Shown here piece after piece: positions 36,029 through 48,871 of a stretch of 64,000 nt of DNA. The stretch lies in assembly GCA_000004985.1 (NCBI GenBank), contig GG738895.1; one strand, written 5' to 3'. The notes beneath the pieces are model-generated. The model did not search any database, was not told the origin of the DNA, and saw only the letters and a list, made by a program, of their open reading frames with translations. Source of the stretch: Naegleria gruberi. Taxonomy: Eukaryota. Within the stretch, counting starts at the first letter, position 1; the number at the start of each line of letters is the position of its first letter. The translations under genes and the position numbers were made by a program.

Positions 36029-38574
36029 ATGACAATGAATAATAAGGTAATTCCCTCAGTGGACGAGAGTATAACCATTAAGGGTGGTTTTAAAAGTGCA
36101 TATGCTGTTGATTCGACGGCCCAAGAGAATGAACAAACAAATAAGGACTTTGATGTTGAGGAAGATATATACCAAGCACCATTCCTATCTATCAAGTGCT
36201 TGCTAATCTTTGTAATCGTGTGTCTGGTCATTTGTACAGTCCTGTTATTGACCACAATTTGGGTCTCTGCTTATAGTACCAATGTTACACAGATGGGAAG
36301 CTCACTTCTTAAAGAACAAATTGAAAAATCGATAGCCTTTACAGATGAAACCATTTCAAAAGTTTTGACCGTTTCTCAGACAACAAAGAATATTATGTGG
36401 AAGGATTTTGATTACTCAGATATTGATACAGTCTATTCTTTAACTTACCGTATTTACAAGTCGTCCTATGAATTCTTGAGCTCTTTAATTGTGACGATAT
36501 ACTTTGGTGATACAATTGGTGGAAATATTGGTGTTCTAGTAATGGGTGGCGAACCTACTCAGATGTATATTAACGAAACAGGTCAATACTATTGGTATTG
36601 TAGGGATATTTTCAATAACGAGAATTGTAACATGTCGTCACCTTCTGAACCAGATATCGTGTTGGGTCCTTTTGACATGTCCAAGATTATGGGAGTAGCC
36701 CATAAATCTCCAAACAAACCAGGATATTCATTATCTTTCACTGATCCAACTTTACCTTCCATAACTTTTATGAGTTGTGTGAATTCACATCCAGCTGTAA
36801 ATACTTCCTTAACAAATGGAGAAGTTTATGATTGGTATTTTGGAATTGATATTAGTGTATCGTCCATCTCTAAATATCTGGAAGATGTTGCCAAACATGT
36901 TTCTGGAGCTGTTTCTTTTGCTATTGAAGTTGAAACTAACTATATTGTTGTTTGTAAGTTTACAATAATATTTTCAAGATTACATTAACAATTCAAGCGA
37001 GCTTTCCGGAAATTCCTGTTTCTGAATGGAGTGCAGATGGAGTGGAAACAAGAATGACACCTCTAACTTTCAAACAAGACAAGGTTAACATGATTGGACA
37101 ATTTATCTATTCAGAATTTTCCAATAATTTGAAATCACAACCTTGCGGAACTTACAGGTATTACTCATTGGATACAATCTTTGTGTCGTCCCATAGATTC
37201 TGTAAGGCTGGAGTTGATTGGTTCTTTGTCTTTTCAGAGCCCAAAATGAATTATATTGGTGACATGATTATTGCAATTATTGTTGGATTGAGTGCCAGTT
37301 TGCTTATTGTCATTGTTGGTGTGATATTGGGAGTAGTGTCATCAATTAGAATTGTCAAACCATTGAATAATTTGATTGAACAATTTTCATCTGTTTCTGA
37401 TATGAATTTGGAGAATATTAACATTTCTCATTCGAATTTTAAGGAAATTTCACTGTTGCAACATCACTTTGAAAGTATGGTCGCTAAAGTCAAACATTAT
37501 AGAAGTTTTATTCCATCCTACCTGATTGACCAATTGGATAAAGGTCAAGCCAGTGCTGCTCCTGCATTCCATAAGCATAGTAGCAGATTTAGAAAGGCAG
37601 GTGTCACTGATTCTGTCGATGGAAAGGGTTCATTCTCTTCAATATTTGATCAATCTGGAAGAAAGAAGAGTTCAAGATCTGGTAAGGGAGTTCCAAAATC
37701 ATTATTTAGATTAGGTCTTGAAAAGAAAACAGTGTCCTTTTCCTTAATTTATTTTGAAGGTCTTTCCAATTATATTACCAATGAATCCATTATTGATGAA
37801 GTTGTTTCTCTAATTGGTGACTTGATGCTTATCGTACAGAAAACCACAAAAGCTACCAATGGATTTACCAGTAATTTTGAACATAATTCAATTATATTAT
37901 CATGGAACTCAACTTCCGATTTGAGAAACCATGAAGAGACATGTCTACTTGCCACGATTCAAATCTTGGATCGATTAAATTCATCAATAGAGAATAAGTG
38001 GAAAGATAGAGGTTATTCCATGTCTTTCAGAACTGCAACAGTTTCACAAGATGTGTTTTGTGGAAACTTGGGAACAGATGAGGCTAAAACCTTTGCAGCT
38101 GTTGGAAGTCAGATCTATAACTTGCAACTATTGTTGAAACAGGCAACCAAGTTAAATATTCCATCCATTGTCACTCAAGAAATCTATGAAAAAACCAACA
38201 ATGTATATTGTTACAGATTTGTTGGTATTAAGAAATTACTCAATCATCATGAGACAGATACATACATGCAATGTACAATTCAACAAGATCACATTCTTCA
38301 CACTCCAAATCGTCTCTATCAATTAGGAGAGACAGTTTCAGATAAGGTTGAGGATGAAGAGTGGATGTACTCACTTTCTAAACAAAATGTAAAGAATGAT
38401 CGTTGGAAACATCACATTGATGGAGCCAATTCTCTTTTACAAGGAGATTACCAAGAGGCGATTGAACATTTCAACAATCATTTGCATTACCATTCAGATA
38501 CAAATTATGGACAAGTGGATAAAGCAACAGCATATTTACTTAAAAAGTGTTTGAAATTGAGTAAACAAGAATAA
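36029..38574 (+). CDS. receptor-like protein in 2 exons (36029..36953 and 36998..38574). It has an extracellular ligand-binding-like domain, a single TM, and a degenerate class III nucleotidyl cyclase homology domain
   Basis: Intron 36954..36997 runs GTAAGT...TTCAAG. The TM helix is IIAIIVGLSASLLIVIVGVILGVV. The cyclase-like fold (SFSLIYFEGLSNY...IGDLMLIV...FRTATVSQDVFCGNLGTDEAKTFAAVGSQIYNLQLL) has the first metal-binding Asp replaced (FEG instead of DIxGFT) and lacks the transition-state Arg. Confidence 0.55.
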
Positions 38575-38683
38575 TTATGGAAATAGCTTTACAACACAGT
38601 GTTGTAAACGTTTAATTGGTTCAAAAATGTTAATAAATTTTTTCGTCAATCATCAACTGAGTTGGAATTTATTCTCGGATTAA

Positions 38684-41600
38684 TCAACAACAGCAAGAAC
38701 AACAAGAAGATTTTGAAGATGATCCAGATAATCTCTTTCTTCTCGCTCTTAACACTAAAGCAATGACCACGACAATAATGATGACTACTGTTACAATGAT
38801 AATGAATGAACCACCCAAAGTAGTTGCCAGAATGATAATTTGTTCATTGTTGAGTGAAATTAAATCATTTCTCAATTGTGAAGGTTGCGGCATTCCCTTA
38901 TATTCCGAATTTGCCTTCTTATAATTCTTGTCAATTACTGAAAAGGAAGTCAAGTGAGAAGTTTTGCAAGTAATTAATTGAACATAATATAAAATACCAT
39001 CCACTACTTCCTCATTGTAATATTCAAAAGTGGTAGAAAGTCCTTCACTATTCCACAATTGCATGGAATTATCATAGAATGAACATGTCAAATTGAAAAG
39101 TGTCAAGTTGACTTTGGGAATGTAAACTTTTCCAAATGAAATTTGAATTGGCTCGTTTAGTTGTGAAATTTTCAAAGCTTGATTACTAGAAACGAAGCTC
39201 AATGTTATTACACTAGAAAGGACTTGACCTTTGGTTTCGTCCTTAGACACGGAGGCAATAATGGAAATGTCAGATTTTGGCACTTGATTAGTTTCATTTA
39301 GGTAGGATGATAATGAGCTTGGTAACTTGATAGAAAGCCCATCAAACTTCGTAAAGTTTACCACACGAGAATTCAAATCTTCAACTGTTCCAATAGTTTG
39401 AACAATAATTTCCCTATTCGAATCTTGAATTGGAGCTAGGCATGTGAAATTCTGTTGTTGAGAGAATGATCCTACACAGAACGGAGTAGAACAATCCTTT
39501 CCCAACCAACCTGCTCTACAAGTACATTGATTAGGTGCAGAACAAGTTCCATTTCCATAATTACAAACTTGCGGAGAATTAGCTGGTTGACCAAAACAAA
39601 GATCAATTTCACAATTTAAACCAGTTGAACCAACAGCACAGTTACAAGCATCATAATTTTGGCAATCACCTCTTCCAGAACAAACACTTGCATTTTCAAA
39701 GTGAATTCCAAAACAATTAAAATCTTGACAATACTTTCCATAATATCCAAAAGTACAATTGCATGTTTCTGAAGCAATGCATTGACCTCTTGAATTACAG
39801 ACATTCACATCGGTATTTTCCAAATCGTTACAATAGGTAATATTACAATTGAAACCTGAAAAACCTGGCTTACAAGAGCATGAATTGAGATTCGTACAGT
39901 TTCCATTACGATTATTACAAACTTGTGGAGAATTACTGGCATAACCATAGCAATAAGTAGCACCACAAGCACTTCCATAGAAACCACTATTACACAAACA
40001 CAAATCCTGTTGTAAACAAATTCCATTTCCAGAACAAACATTCAACTGATCTGCCTGCACACCGAAACATGACATGTTTCTTACTTCACAATAAGCTCCA
40101 CCAAATCCATTTTCACATAGGCACGACCGAGAAGCTTGGCATTGACCTCTTCCATTACAAACCTTTGGATCATCTGACATGACATCATTACAAATACTCA
40201 ACTCACAATTTGGACCTCCAAATCCTGGATTACAGGTGCAAAAATTGTAAAACCAACAAGAGCCATGTCCTGAACAAATCTTCTGATCATTAGCCTGCAC
40301 TCCATAGCATGTTTGGTTCAATTCTCTAGTGAGTGTGAAAATATTTCCTCTTGAGGCGAAGGAAATTTCCAAAAATGTCGATTCTTTCACATAAATTGCT
40401 TTTGGATTATCAAGTTGAGAGAAGGGTGGATTGTTCAGTCCCTCCTCTACGTATAGTATTGGAGTAATGAGACCATTAGTCATTGAGATTCTAATTGTTG
40501 ATTCTTCTCCAATGATAAATTCTTTTGTTTTGGTCACGAAGAAACTTGTTGGATATTTTAATTGGGCATTAATGGATTGAATGACAGTATCTCCTGTATC
40601 AGTTCCTCCACCAATGATTCTAATGGCATAGGTCTTGTTCATAACTTGATGGATGGCCATAGTTGTACTTCCTAAAAAGTAAATCATGCCATCAGAACTC
40701 ACAAATAAGGAAGTGATATCTTCCGTTCCAATGAATGCAGTATCAATGGTCAAATTTTGATAAATAATTCTAATTCTATTCTGTGAAGACACATAGATAT
40801 CATTGTTATACAGAGCTATTCCAGATGGATTAGGAACCGATGAAGATCGACCATTGACACCATCTTTGACATTACTGATCATTCCATCACCTGCCAACGT
40901 TTGAACTATTGAATTATTGTACTTGTTAACAAGATGATTTGCTGGTAGTATGTAAAACAAAGCCCCACTTTCATCTGCAACCATTCCACCAACTTGTTCA
41001 TCCGAAACAAGTGAAACTATTCCATTTTCTAGACGATTCATTCTTCTGAAAGGTGAATACTCGGCATATTCACTGAAAAACAATCTATTACTAGAGAATG
41101 TGAATGCATCAATTCTATTAAATGAAGAAAGCAATGGTGGTTGATTACTTGTTGCTACCAAAGTTCCAACAATAGTTGAGATTATTCCATTCTTACTGAT
41201 CTTTCGAATTCTTTGATTGTCGACATCGGCAAAGATGAGTTCATCATTCTCATTGACAACCATATCACCCACTGATGAAGTTTTACTATTAATGGCCAAA
41301 CCTCCATCACCTCCAAAACCATTTTCCATTCCTGCAATTTGCTCAAATTGTCCGCTTGTGTTAAATCTGAAAATTTTGTAAACTTCACATGCAAAATAAA
41401 CATTTCCATTCGAATCAACATCAAAATAAGGATTCAATGAATCTTTCCTGAATAGAGTCAATGCAGTTCCATTCTTGAAAACTTTGTAAAATGTACCCAT
41501 TTCCTGATCGAGAGCATAAAGAGTTTCGTTTACATATTTGGTTGAGTGACTATATTGTGGAAGATTCATAAAGAAAGTAGTATTGGAGGTTCGAATATCT

Positions 41601-42231
41601 AGTTTACGATATGAGCGGGTTGCTGATGATGAGGAGTAGAGTAATTCTCTTTCGTTTAGAATGTGAAGAGAATAGGCTGAACCTTGTAGAAAGTAAACAT
41701 TGGAGACAAGTCCAGTTTTGAAGGAAATTCTTCTGATCATTGCATTTCCACCATCGAGAATATATAAATATTCATTGTTTGGATCAACTGCTAATGAAGG
41801 TATGTATGATCTATTCGAAACATGTTAGTTTCATTTCAAACTAAACCATCCTAAACTTGTAAAACTTACGAAAAGAAAGCATATGTAGCCATAACAGAAT
41901 CTCCACTATACGGTATCAAACTGTTTACTCTAGAATTCCCACCAATCGTATACACATTTCCATTCTTATCAACCTTCTTGATTAGGGGACCTTCTGTGAA
42001 GAATAATTGACCATCTTTCCAAGCCAATGAACCAAGCTGATCAGAAACTCCATAACTAGTGGCTGGAATTCCATTCGTATAGTTGGAACCAACGATGGTT
42101 TTTAGACGATAGGTTGGAGTTTCGAATAGTGCACTCACATGAGATACACACATGCAACTGATTAGCAATAGTGATAAAACCACAGCCACGCACCACAAGA
42201 AACCAAAAGGAACTTTAGGATTTCTTGACAT
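38684..42231 (-). CDS. single-pass receptor in 2 exons (42231..41870 and 41810..38684): signal peptide, NHL-type beta-propeller repeats, tenascin-type EGF repeats, GPS-like motif (CKTSHLTSFSV), TM, and a Ser/Cys-rich tail
   Basis: Intron 41811..41869 runs GTAAGT...GAATAG and keeps the frame. There are more than 10 C-x-C-x-x-G-F/Y-x-G-x-x-C EGF units, and the TM helix is IIILATTLGGSFIIIVTVVIIIVVVIALVL. Confidence 0.7.
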
Positions 42232-43066
42232 TTTTTATGTAGATGTTGATCCACAAGTTTCTGATTTTTTTTATCCGAATGAGAAAGCTCCAACGAAGGA
42301 TACAAGGCGAAACTGATTTATCTAAATTAGATCAAGAGGAACACCTCTCCAATCAGTGAGGATCAAGCTAATCATGAGATGATGGTTACAAATCAAAGGT
42401 TTGATTTAACTTTTGAGATTTTCATGATCAGTTTTCAGTAATGTGGATTTTTGAGTTTGGATTTTGTGGATAAATTAACAAATATGAAAGTGGGTCAGAG
42501 TATATTTGATCTATACACTTTACTGTAATTAAAATATTGTAAGTGGATTAAATGTTCAAGAATCTTAATAGTTTAAGTATTTAAATTTTGGCGCCAAAAT
42601 AAATGAAAAATGTCTTATAATGCGTTTTCCTATCTGTTCCTTAATCTCTCTTGAATAAGATTATAGCATGAAATAATCTGCACTTGATGTTTTTTGTAAT
42701 TTATTGAAAGATTACAACAGTATTAACATTTAATATTATTTAAATAAATATTTAAAAAAAAATGCGCAAACAACAAGTTCTCTACGTGAGTTGAAAATCC
42801 GATGATTCAAATTCATCAATTTTTTTTTCATGATGATAACCATTGACAGAGTTACGGATCAAATGAATATTCCCTCGTTGGACATAAGGATCGGTTATTT
42901 GAGGAGTGTTTTGTATTGGGAGATGCAACACATATTAAGAGAATGGCTTGCGGAAGATCACACATTCTCTTTGAGAGTATGTTTGTGTAATGATTGAAAA
43001 TTAATTTATCTATATATTTAATATTTAATATTTAAAATATTGTGATTTTAATGATTTAATCTGCTG

Positions 43067-43984
43067 ATGATGAATTATATAAAAGCCTTTAATGGAGAAG
43101 TATTGTCTATTGGAAGAAATGATTATTCTCAATGTGCTATAAGAAAGGCTTCCGGAGGAGAATTAATTAGTAAACCAATGAATTGTCTTTACAAAGATGT
43201 TGGATGTGATGCCAAACCTCTCATCAAGCCTTTTAAATTTACAACTGGATGGTTTCATTCAACATTTATCTCAAACGATCAGAAGAGAATTTACTTTACT
43301 GGATATTATTCTGCCTATTCATCAATGGGACAGACAAAGGATACTTGTTTTTATGATATTACTGATACAGTATTGGAAAAGGATATGCTTGCTGATGATA
43401 GTTACAAAATTACTGATATTGGCAGTGGAGATCACTTTTTTGCATTTGTTGTAAATAACGAGTTTATTGTAGTTGTGGATCAAACAAGAAAAGTTTTTCA
43501 CATTCCAGATTTGAAGGAATTCTTGGTGTTCAAGTCAGGAGTTGCCTTCACAAGAGGAAATGGAAATTTATACTTGGCCAAGAATTATCCAGACAGTGTA
43601 AGCGAGTATGATGGAAAATTTGTGAAAAATCTTCGTTCTACATCTGTTGCCGATTCATTCTCATTCGTATTAAATGGACAAAATCTAAGATTTGGTCACA
43701 GTAATCAACATGGATCAATTGAGATTTACGAGTCGTTCTGTACTGCCTATCTATATGATTCAAAGGAACGTAAATTCCCAGATGAAAGATTTAAGAAAAT
43801 CAATGACGAATTAGAAAAGCACAAAGATTGGGAAATTCTCCAATTCATTACAGGTTCTGACAGTGTTCATATATTGTTGGGAATTAGAGAAACTAAGGAA
43901 GAGCAACGATTCTTTGAGAAATTGAGCAATATTAGACAAGGCACTCATTACACTGATATGCTTGTCAGCTACACTTTCAATTAG
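43067..43984 (+). CDS. hypothetical protein with weak RCC1-like repeats. It may have additional upstream exons in 42770-43060
   Basis: ORF of 305 aa (AFNGEVLSIGRNDYSQCA; GSGDHFFAFV; GSDSVHILLGI). The upstream exon candidates are unverified. Confidence 0.4.
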   Translation: MMNYIKAFNGEVLSIGRNDYSQCAIRKASGGELISKPMNCLYKDVGCDAKPLIKPFKFTTGWFHSTFISNDQKRIYFTGYYSAYSSMGQTKDTCFYDITDTVLEKDMLADDSYKITDIGSGDHFFAFVVNNEFIVVVDQTRKVFHIPDLKEFLVFKSGVAFTRGNGNLYLAKNYPDSVSEYDGKFVKNLRSTSVADSFSFVLNGQNLRFGHSNQHGSIEIYESFCTAYLYDSKERKFPDERFKKINDELEKHKDWEILQFITGSDSVHILLGIRETKEEQRFFEKLSNIRQGTHYTDMLVSYTFN

Positions 43985-44161
43985 TAATCCTTCCAAATAA
44001 TCTTAATCTTGCATGACAAAGCGAGAAATGGTTACACCATTTCAAACTCCGCTTCCCGTTTCTCTTGTTTGGAAATGTTTTACTAGTGAAATTACCCAAT
44101 CACCTTCATCAATCATTGAAAAGTGAAATGTGAAAATATCAAACAGAAAAAAAATACAACA

Positions 44162-46067
44162 ATGAAAAGACCATCCAAACAGCATACCAAGTTGGTGGTC
44201 CTGTTTGTTTTTCTAGTTCTATTGTTAATAGAATGTTGTTTATCGTCGAATCCGACGTTATCGTTTCTCACGAGCACTCCGTTCGAACAGTCAAATGTAT
44301 TGACAGCCATCAATCACAGAAATAATCATAATTCAGAAATTTACTATACCAATAACGTGCAAGAAACCACACAATCATCAAGCAAATGTGAAATTTTCGA
44401 TTTGATGGATCAAGCAGTTGCAGTTCCGTCCGATAGTGCTGCCAATGTGACTAACTATTACTCAACCAAGTCATGTAATTTCGTCAAGTTATTCGCAAGT
44501 GCAGGAGACTATATTCAATTGCAAGGAATTGATTTATTTTACGGACCTAAAGGAGTTTCTCTCTGTGGCATTAGTGATCCAAGTTTAATTTCCACAATCT
44601 ATCCAAGTTTTTCGTGTATGGATTTTTTAAATGACACCTTCACAAAGGAAGAAGGAATTTTGGAAGATCTCTCTGCAATTTCATCTCTATTGGAAGCAAG
44701 ATTTAATAATTCTAGTCCTGATCTGATTCAATGGCCATTCAAGGCCATGTCCAAAGCATTGGAACTTCAATTTGTGAACAAGACATCAACCACCAAAATT
44801 TCAGAATTATTGGATTTATACAATTATTGTAATTTCTGTTCTCATCCTAATTTTGCTTCGTTCCATGCAAAGAAGGCAGTTACACCAGCCCTTCAAATGC
44901 CAATGTTACAAAAAGCATTCACAAATTCACACTGTGGCTCTGGTATTCCAACATTGAATGCCATTGTAACCAATGAATATGATGGCTACTTTGTCACCAA
45001 TGTTGTCATTCAATGTACTTGTAGAGGTGGAGTGGTAACAAATGAGTGTGGAATTTTCTCTGAATTTTTATATCCAATGTTTTCTGGACCAGGTCTTCAT
45101 TCAATTTCATTGATTTTCTATACTTCCATTGGTGTTGTTTCCTTCTTTGTCAATTTCATTCCAATTTTAATGTTGTGTGTTAGAAGATTCCAAAAATCAT
45201 CACATGGTATCAGATCATTCTTTTATCACTTTTTGGATTTGAGATTGCAAGCTGCTGTTTTGTTCTTGTGTTCTGTGATTACTGCCATTACTTCAAGTTG
45301 TCTTGGTTTGGCAGAAAATTCATATGTTGTCTTGTTGATGACTATTGCTGCCTGTTTACAATTTATTTCAACTGTTCCAATTTTGTTCTGTTGGATTGAT
45401 GTCATTTATAGAACTGAAATGAATATGAAAGAAGCTTCATCCCTTGTTGTGTAAGTTAATTTTTAGAGCTTTTCTTATAATAATTTATTTGAAATAGTTC
45501 ACTTTCATTTGGTTTATCTTCAGCTTTGGTGTTTGCATTGGCATTGTATATTGTTGGTTATTCAATCCTTTCAACAGTTAGTGGATACAGAGTCTTGTTC
45601 ATCATTGTTCAAGTTTTCTTGATTGTTGTCATTATGGCTGCTGTCATGATTGCCATTATTTTGACAATTACAGCTGCCAGATTATTGTTCATTATTTCCA
45701 AAACAAAGAAGATTCAAATTTTCAGTTTCAGATTTACCAGATTCTTGTTATATGCAACAATTTGTGGTTCTCCATTCCTTTTGCAAGCAGCTTATTATAT
45801 TGTAATCATTATCGATACGTAAGTAGTTTCAATTTTCAATGAATTTCCAGCATTTTCTCAATAATAATTTGCACAATTCCCAATAATATGATAATAATAA
45901 TTTGAAATTACAGTAAGATGATTTGCAGATTCTATCTCATGTTTTCATACTATTTGGCATCCCTATGTGTCACTTTCATTTCATTTGGTTACATGTACAT
46001 TCTCTTTAACTCTGATGATGTCATGAAATGTTATCCATTCTTGGAGAAACTTTCAAAGAAGAAGTAA
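44162..46067 (+). CDS. orphan 7TM receptor-like protein in 3 exons (44162..45450, 45498..45818, 45914..46067) with a Cys-rich N-terminal ectodomain
   Basis: Signal peptide, an ectodomain with more than 10 Cys, and seven hydrophobic helices after splicing. The introns are GTAAGT...TAG/CAG and restore the frame. Confidence 0.55.
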
Positions 46068-47418
46068 TACTATAATTTCCATTTCATCATTAAACTACTA
46101 AATTATCAAAAATTGCAACTTTATTTGCAACGCCTCTATTAACAAATTGCCAATTGTTTTGTTAATCATTTCAGTTTGTTTTCGAATATGTACAACCAAT
46201 GTTCTATTCTCTTGTCAAAAATTCATATGAGCTTGCTGTCAAATCCACTTAAGTATTTGACCAAGCATATTGACATTCTAACGTTTAAATGATGAACTTT
46301 CCAACCAATCCATAAAGATGTACTCTACAGCTTCCTTGCTCAAATGTTGAGAGAGATGATTTGAAGAAATATGAGGAGTGGTAGAGAAGAGGATATTCGG
46401 TCTTGGAGATGATAATTTAACCGTAAGAGTTGGAGAAGCTCTCTTCTTTGATTGTTTACTTTCAGCAGGGTCAGTTCCTTGAGTCATGGTATAGCTAGGT
46501 ATTTAGTTATTTTGTTGAGTTGGTAAATTTAATAAGTATTAGTCGTTGATTATTTTAGCAGATATTTGTAGTGTGCTAAATTTATAAGATTCTTATAGTG
46601 ATACTATTATTATATTGTATGCAATATTGTAGATGATGATACAACTGCAGCACGAATACAATTTGATATAGGCTTTATATTTGTAATGATGATAAAGGAT
46701 GATGCGCACCAAGCTAATCAACAACAACTCGTACTTAATCAGCACCACCTCGATATTCGCTGCTGATAATGATGATGGTGGACAATCAATCCGAAAAGCA
46801 ACACACACTGCTTGTTTTTTTCAAAAATGTGTTTGTGGTAGATACCTTTGGATGCTGAACCATCATGAATCAATTATTTCCGGAATGTCACCGTTGTTGA
46901 AAGGATCGTTGATCGTTTTATCGGATTTTAAATTTTACGGTCGCTTTAAAAATAATTTTAAAAATTTAATTTTTGAAATACGTTTTGGGAGGGAAGGACT
47001 AATTTGGACTGGTAGTAAGTAGAGCTAAGGAAATCACTGTAGTCAAGGGAACAAATTTTTTGGTCCCTAGTTGATTTGGGTATTAAATTTATTGAGAATT
47101 TTGAATTTCAAATATTAGAGAGTTGACCAAAATGACAAATTCAGAATTTTACATGAAAACCAATGAAAATAATGAAGAAATAATTGTATTCATTGTATAT
47201 TCATTAGGGGAGATCATCTTGTTTAATTTTGGAAGGAAACATTCATATATTTGATTGTTTCAAAAAGGAAAATCTCTCTCCTGAAAATAATTTAGGAAAA
47301 TTGAATTATTTATCACAGTGAGATATAATCCCAATGGGAACAGGCACAAGTTGTATAAAACAGAATCATGTATAATAACATACAATAGAGCACTCATTGT
47401 GATATTCTTCAATTTTGT

Positions 47419-47442
47419 AATAAATATTCAAAATTTACATTT
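47419..47442. repeat. 24-nt exact dispersed repeat AATAAATATTCAAAATTTACATTT, copy 2
   Basis: Identical to 9721..9744. It lies 52 nt upstream of the ATG at 47494. Confidence 0.7.
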
Positions 47443-47493
47443 CCAAATTGAAAAACACTTTTGAAATCAAAGGACCTTGTGTTTCATTTCCAA

Positions 47494-48588
47494 ATGAAAC
47501 TTTTCAAAAAAATGATTCAACATCAACCTACTCTTCATGAAGACGATGAATCAATCACTTATTCGAATGATCATTTATTTGATTCACTCGGTGTTGATGT
47601 CATGATTGGAGAAATATTTCCACATTTTGAAGTTGAAACTCTACACTCAATTTTCACACTAGTATCCAAGTTTTGGTATGTGTGTGTTTGTTTGTATAGA
47701 GTGGAGTTTCTATCATTGAGAGGAGAATCGAATATTTTAGCTCTTTGTTCGAATTCTCCAAGAATGGTGGAAGTCAACAGTTTGGAGTTGATGCAATTGA
47801 GAGGTGAAACCTTGGTGATGAAAAGGATATTTCTTTCGGATAAGTGTTTTCCTAATAGATTTTCTTCACTTACTAGTCTTTCGTTTTATGGATCGAAAAT
47901 TGGAGATTCTTCTCTCAAATATTTAACACATTCGGCTATCTTACCTAATTTAACTGAATTGGATCTGTATCACAATAACATTACTGATAAAGGAATGAAA
48001 TCCATTTGTGAAGGAAATTTGAAACTTTCCATTCTGAAACTCAATTTAAATCGTGTAGGAGATTTAGGTTTTGAATTTCTCAAAAATTCTCAAATTTTGA
48101 AAGAAAATTTAAAAGAACTTTACATGACCTACAATGAAGTTACATCAAAAGGATTGGAAATTCTGAGCGGAATGGAAAATTCACGTCTCGAAACCTTAGT
48201 TCTAGTGAGCAACCGAATAGAATCGAATATTACAAACTTCTGTGCTAGCTCTCTTGCATCTCAATTGAAACATTTAAATTTGTCAAATAACTTATTGGGA
48301 AATAGTGGAGTCTTGGACATTTGTTCGGGAAATTTTCAATCCTTAGAAACCTTAATATTATCAAAGAATGCAATTCCAAAGGAATCCATTAGTATGCTAT
48401 TTGAAAGTAGTAATGGATTAAATTTGAAGAAATTGAAACATTTGGATTTGTATGGAAATGATTATATTCAAGTTGACGAGTTGGCAATTCCAACTTTCAA
48501 TTCCTTAGAAACTCTAATCTTTTCACATAGCTATAGGAACCCTTATTACCACCTATTCTGGCAAACCAAACAATTTTCAGCAAATTAA
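47494..48588 (+). CDS. F-box-like plus leucine-rich-repeat (RNI-type) protein
   Basis: ORF of 364 aa with an N-terminal F-box-like segment and repeated LxxLxLxxNxI/L LRR units (LTELDLYHNNITDKG; LKELYMTYNEVTSKG; LKHLNLSNNLLGNSG). Confidence 0.6.
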   Translation: MKLFKKMIQHQPTLHEDDESITYSNDHLFDSLGVDVMIGEIFPHFEVETLHSIFTLVSKFWYVCVCLYRVEFLSLRGESNILALCSNSPRMVEVNSLELMQLRGETLVMKRIFLSDKCFPNRFSSLTSLSFYGSKIGDSSLKYLTHSAILPNLTELDLYHNNITDKGMKSICEGNLKLSILKLNLNRVGDLGFEFLKNSQILKENLKELYMTYNEVTSKGLEILSGMENSRLETLVLVSNRIESNITNFCASSLASQLKHLNLSNNLLGNSGVLDICSGNFQSLETLILSKNAIPKESISMLFESSNGLNLKKLKHLDLYGNDYIQVDELAIPTFNSLETLIFSHSYRNPYYHLFWQTKQFSAN

Positions 48589-48605
48589 TAAGGAATATTA
48601 ATTTT

Positions 48606-48614
48606 AAACCAAAA
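48606..48614 (+). promoter_or_regulatory. AAACCAAAA upstream element, 70 nt before tRNA-like gene 1
   Basis: The same 9-mer occurs 69-71 nt upstream of all four tRNA-like genes. An A/T-rich TATA-like stretch sits around -30. Confidence 0.6.
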
Positions 48615-48675
48615 ATGATTTGAATTATTAAAAGAAAATTCACAAATATAGTTAGTGGGAAGATTGCAGATTTGT

Positions 48676-48751
48676 GGGTGAATAGTTTAATTGGGAGAAC
48701 GTAGCCGTTGCACTAGAAGCTAAGGCGGTAGATCGAACCTACCTTCACCTA
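48676..48751 (+). ncRNA. tRNA-shaped ncRNA gene 1 (76 nt) with an enlarged variable loop. It is followed by TTTTT at 48760..48764
   Basis: Acceptor GGGTGAA/TTCACCT, U8, D-arm GTTT-AATTGGGA-GAAC, stem TAGCC/AGCTA with 11-nt loop GTTGCACTAGA, variable AGGC, T-arm GGTAG-ATCGAAC-CTACC, discriminator A. Confidence 0.6.
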
Positions 48752-48871
48752 CGCTTAGCTTTTTCCCCACCAATTCTTAATAATTATTTAATAATACTAT
48801 ATAAATAATATTTAAAGAAATCATATCATACATTAATATTTAGGGTGAATATTTAAAGATATGATGTTAAA

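Noticed and set aside
48676-48751. Reading copy 1 as tRNA-Ala(UGC) with a 4-nt intron (loop GTTGCA|CTAG|A).
   Set aside because: The other three copies have no U33 or readable anticodon in the equivalent position. A 4-nt intron is shorter than any standard tRNA intron. The 31-39 positions are mismatched.
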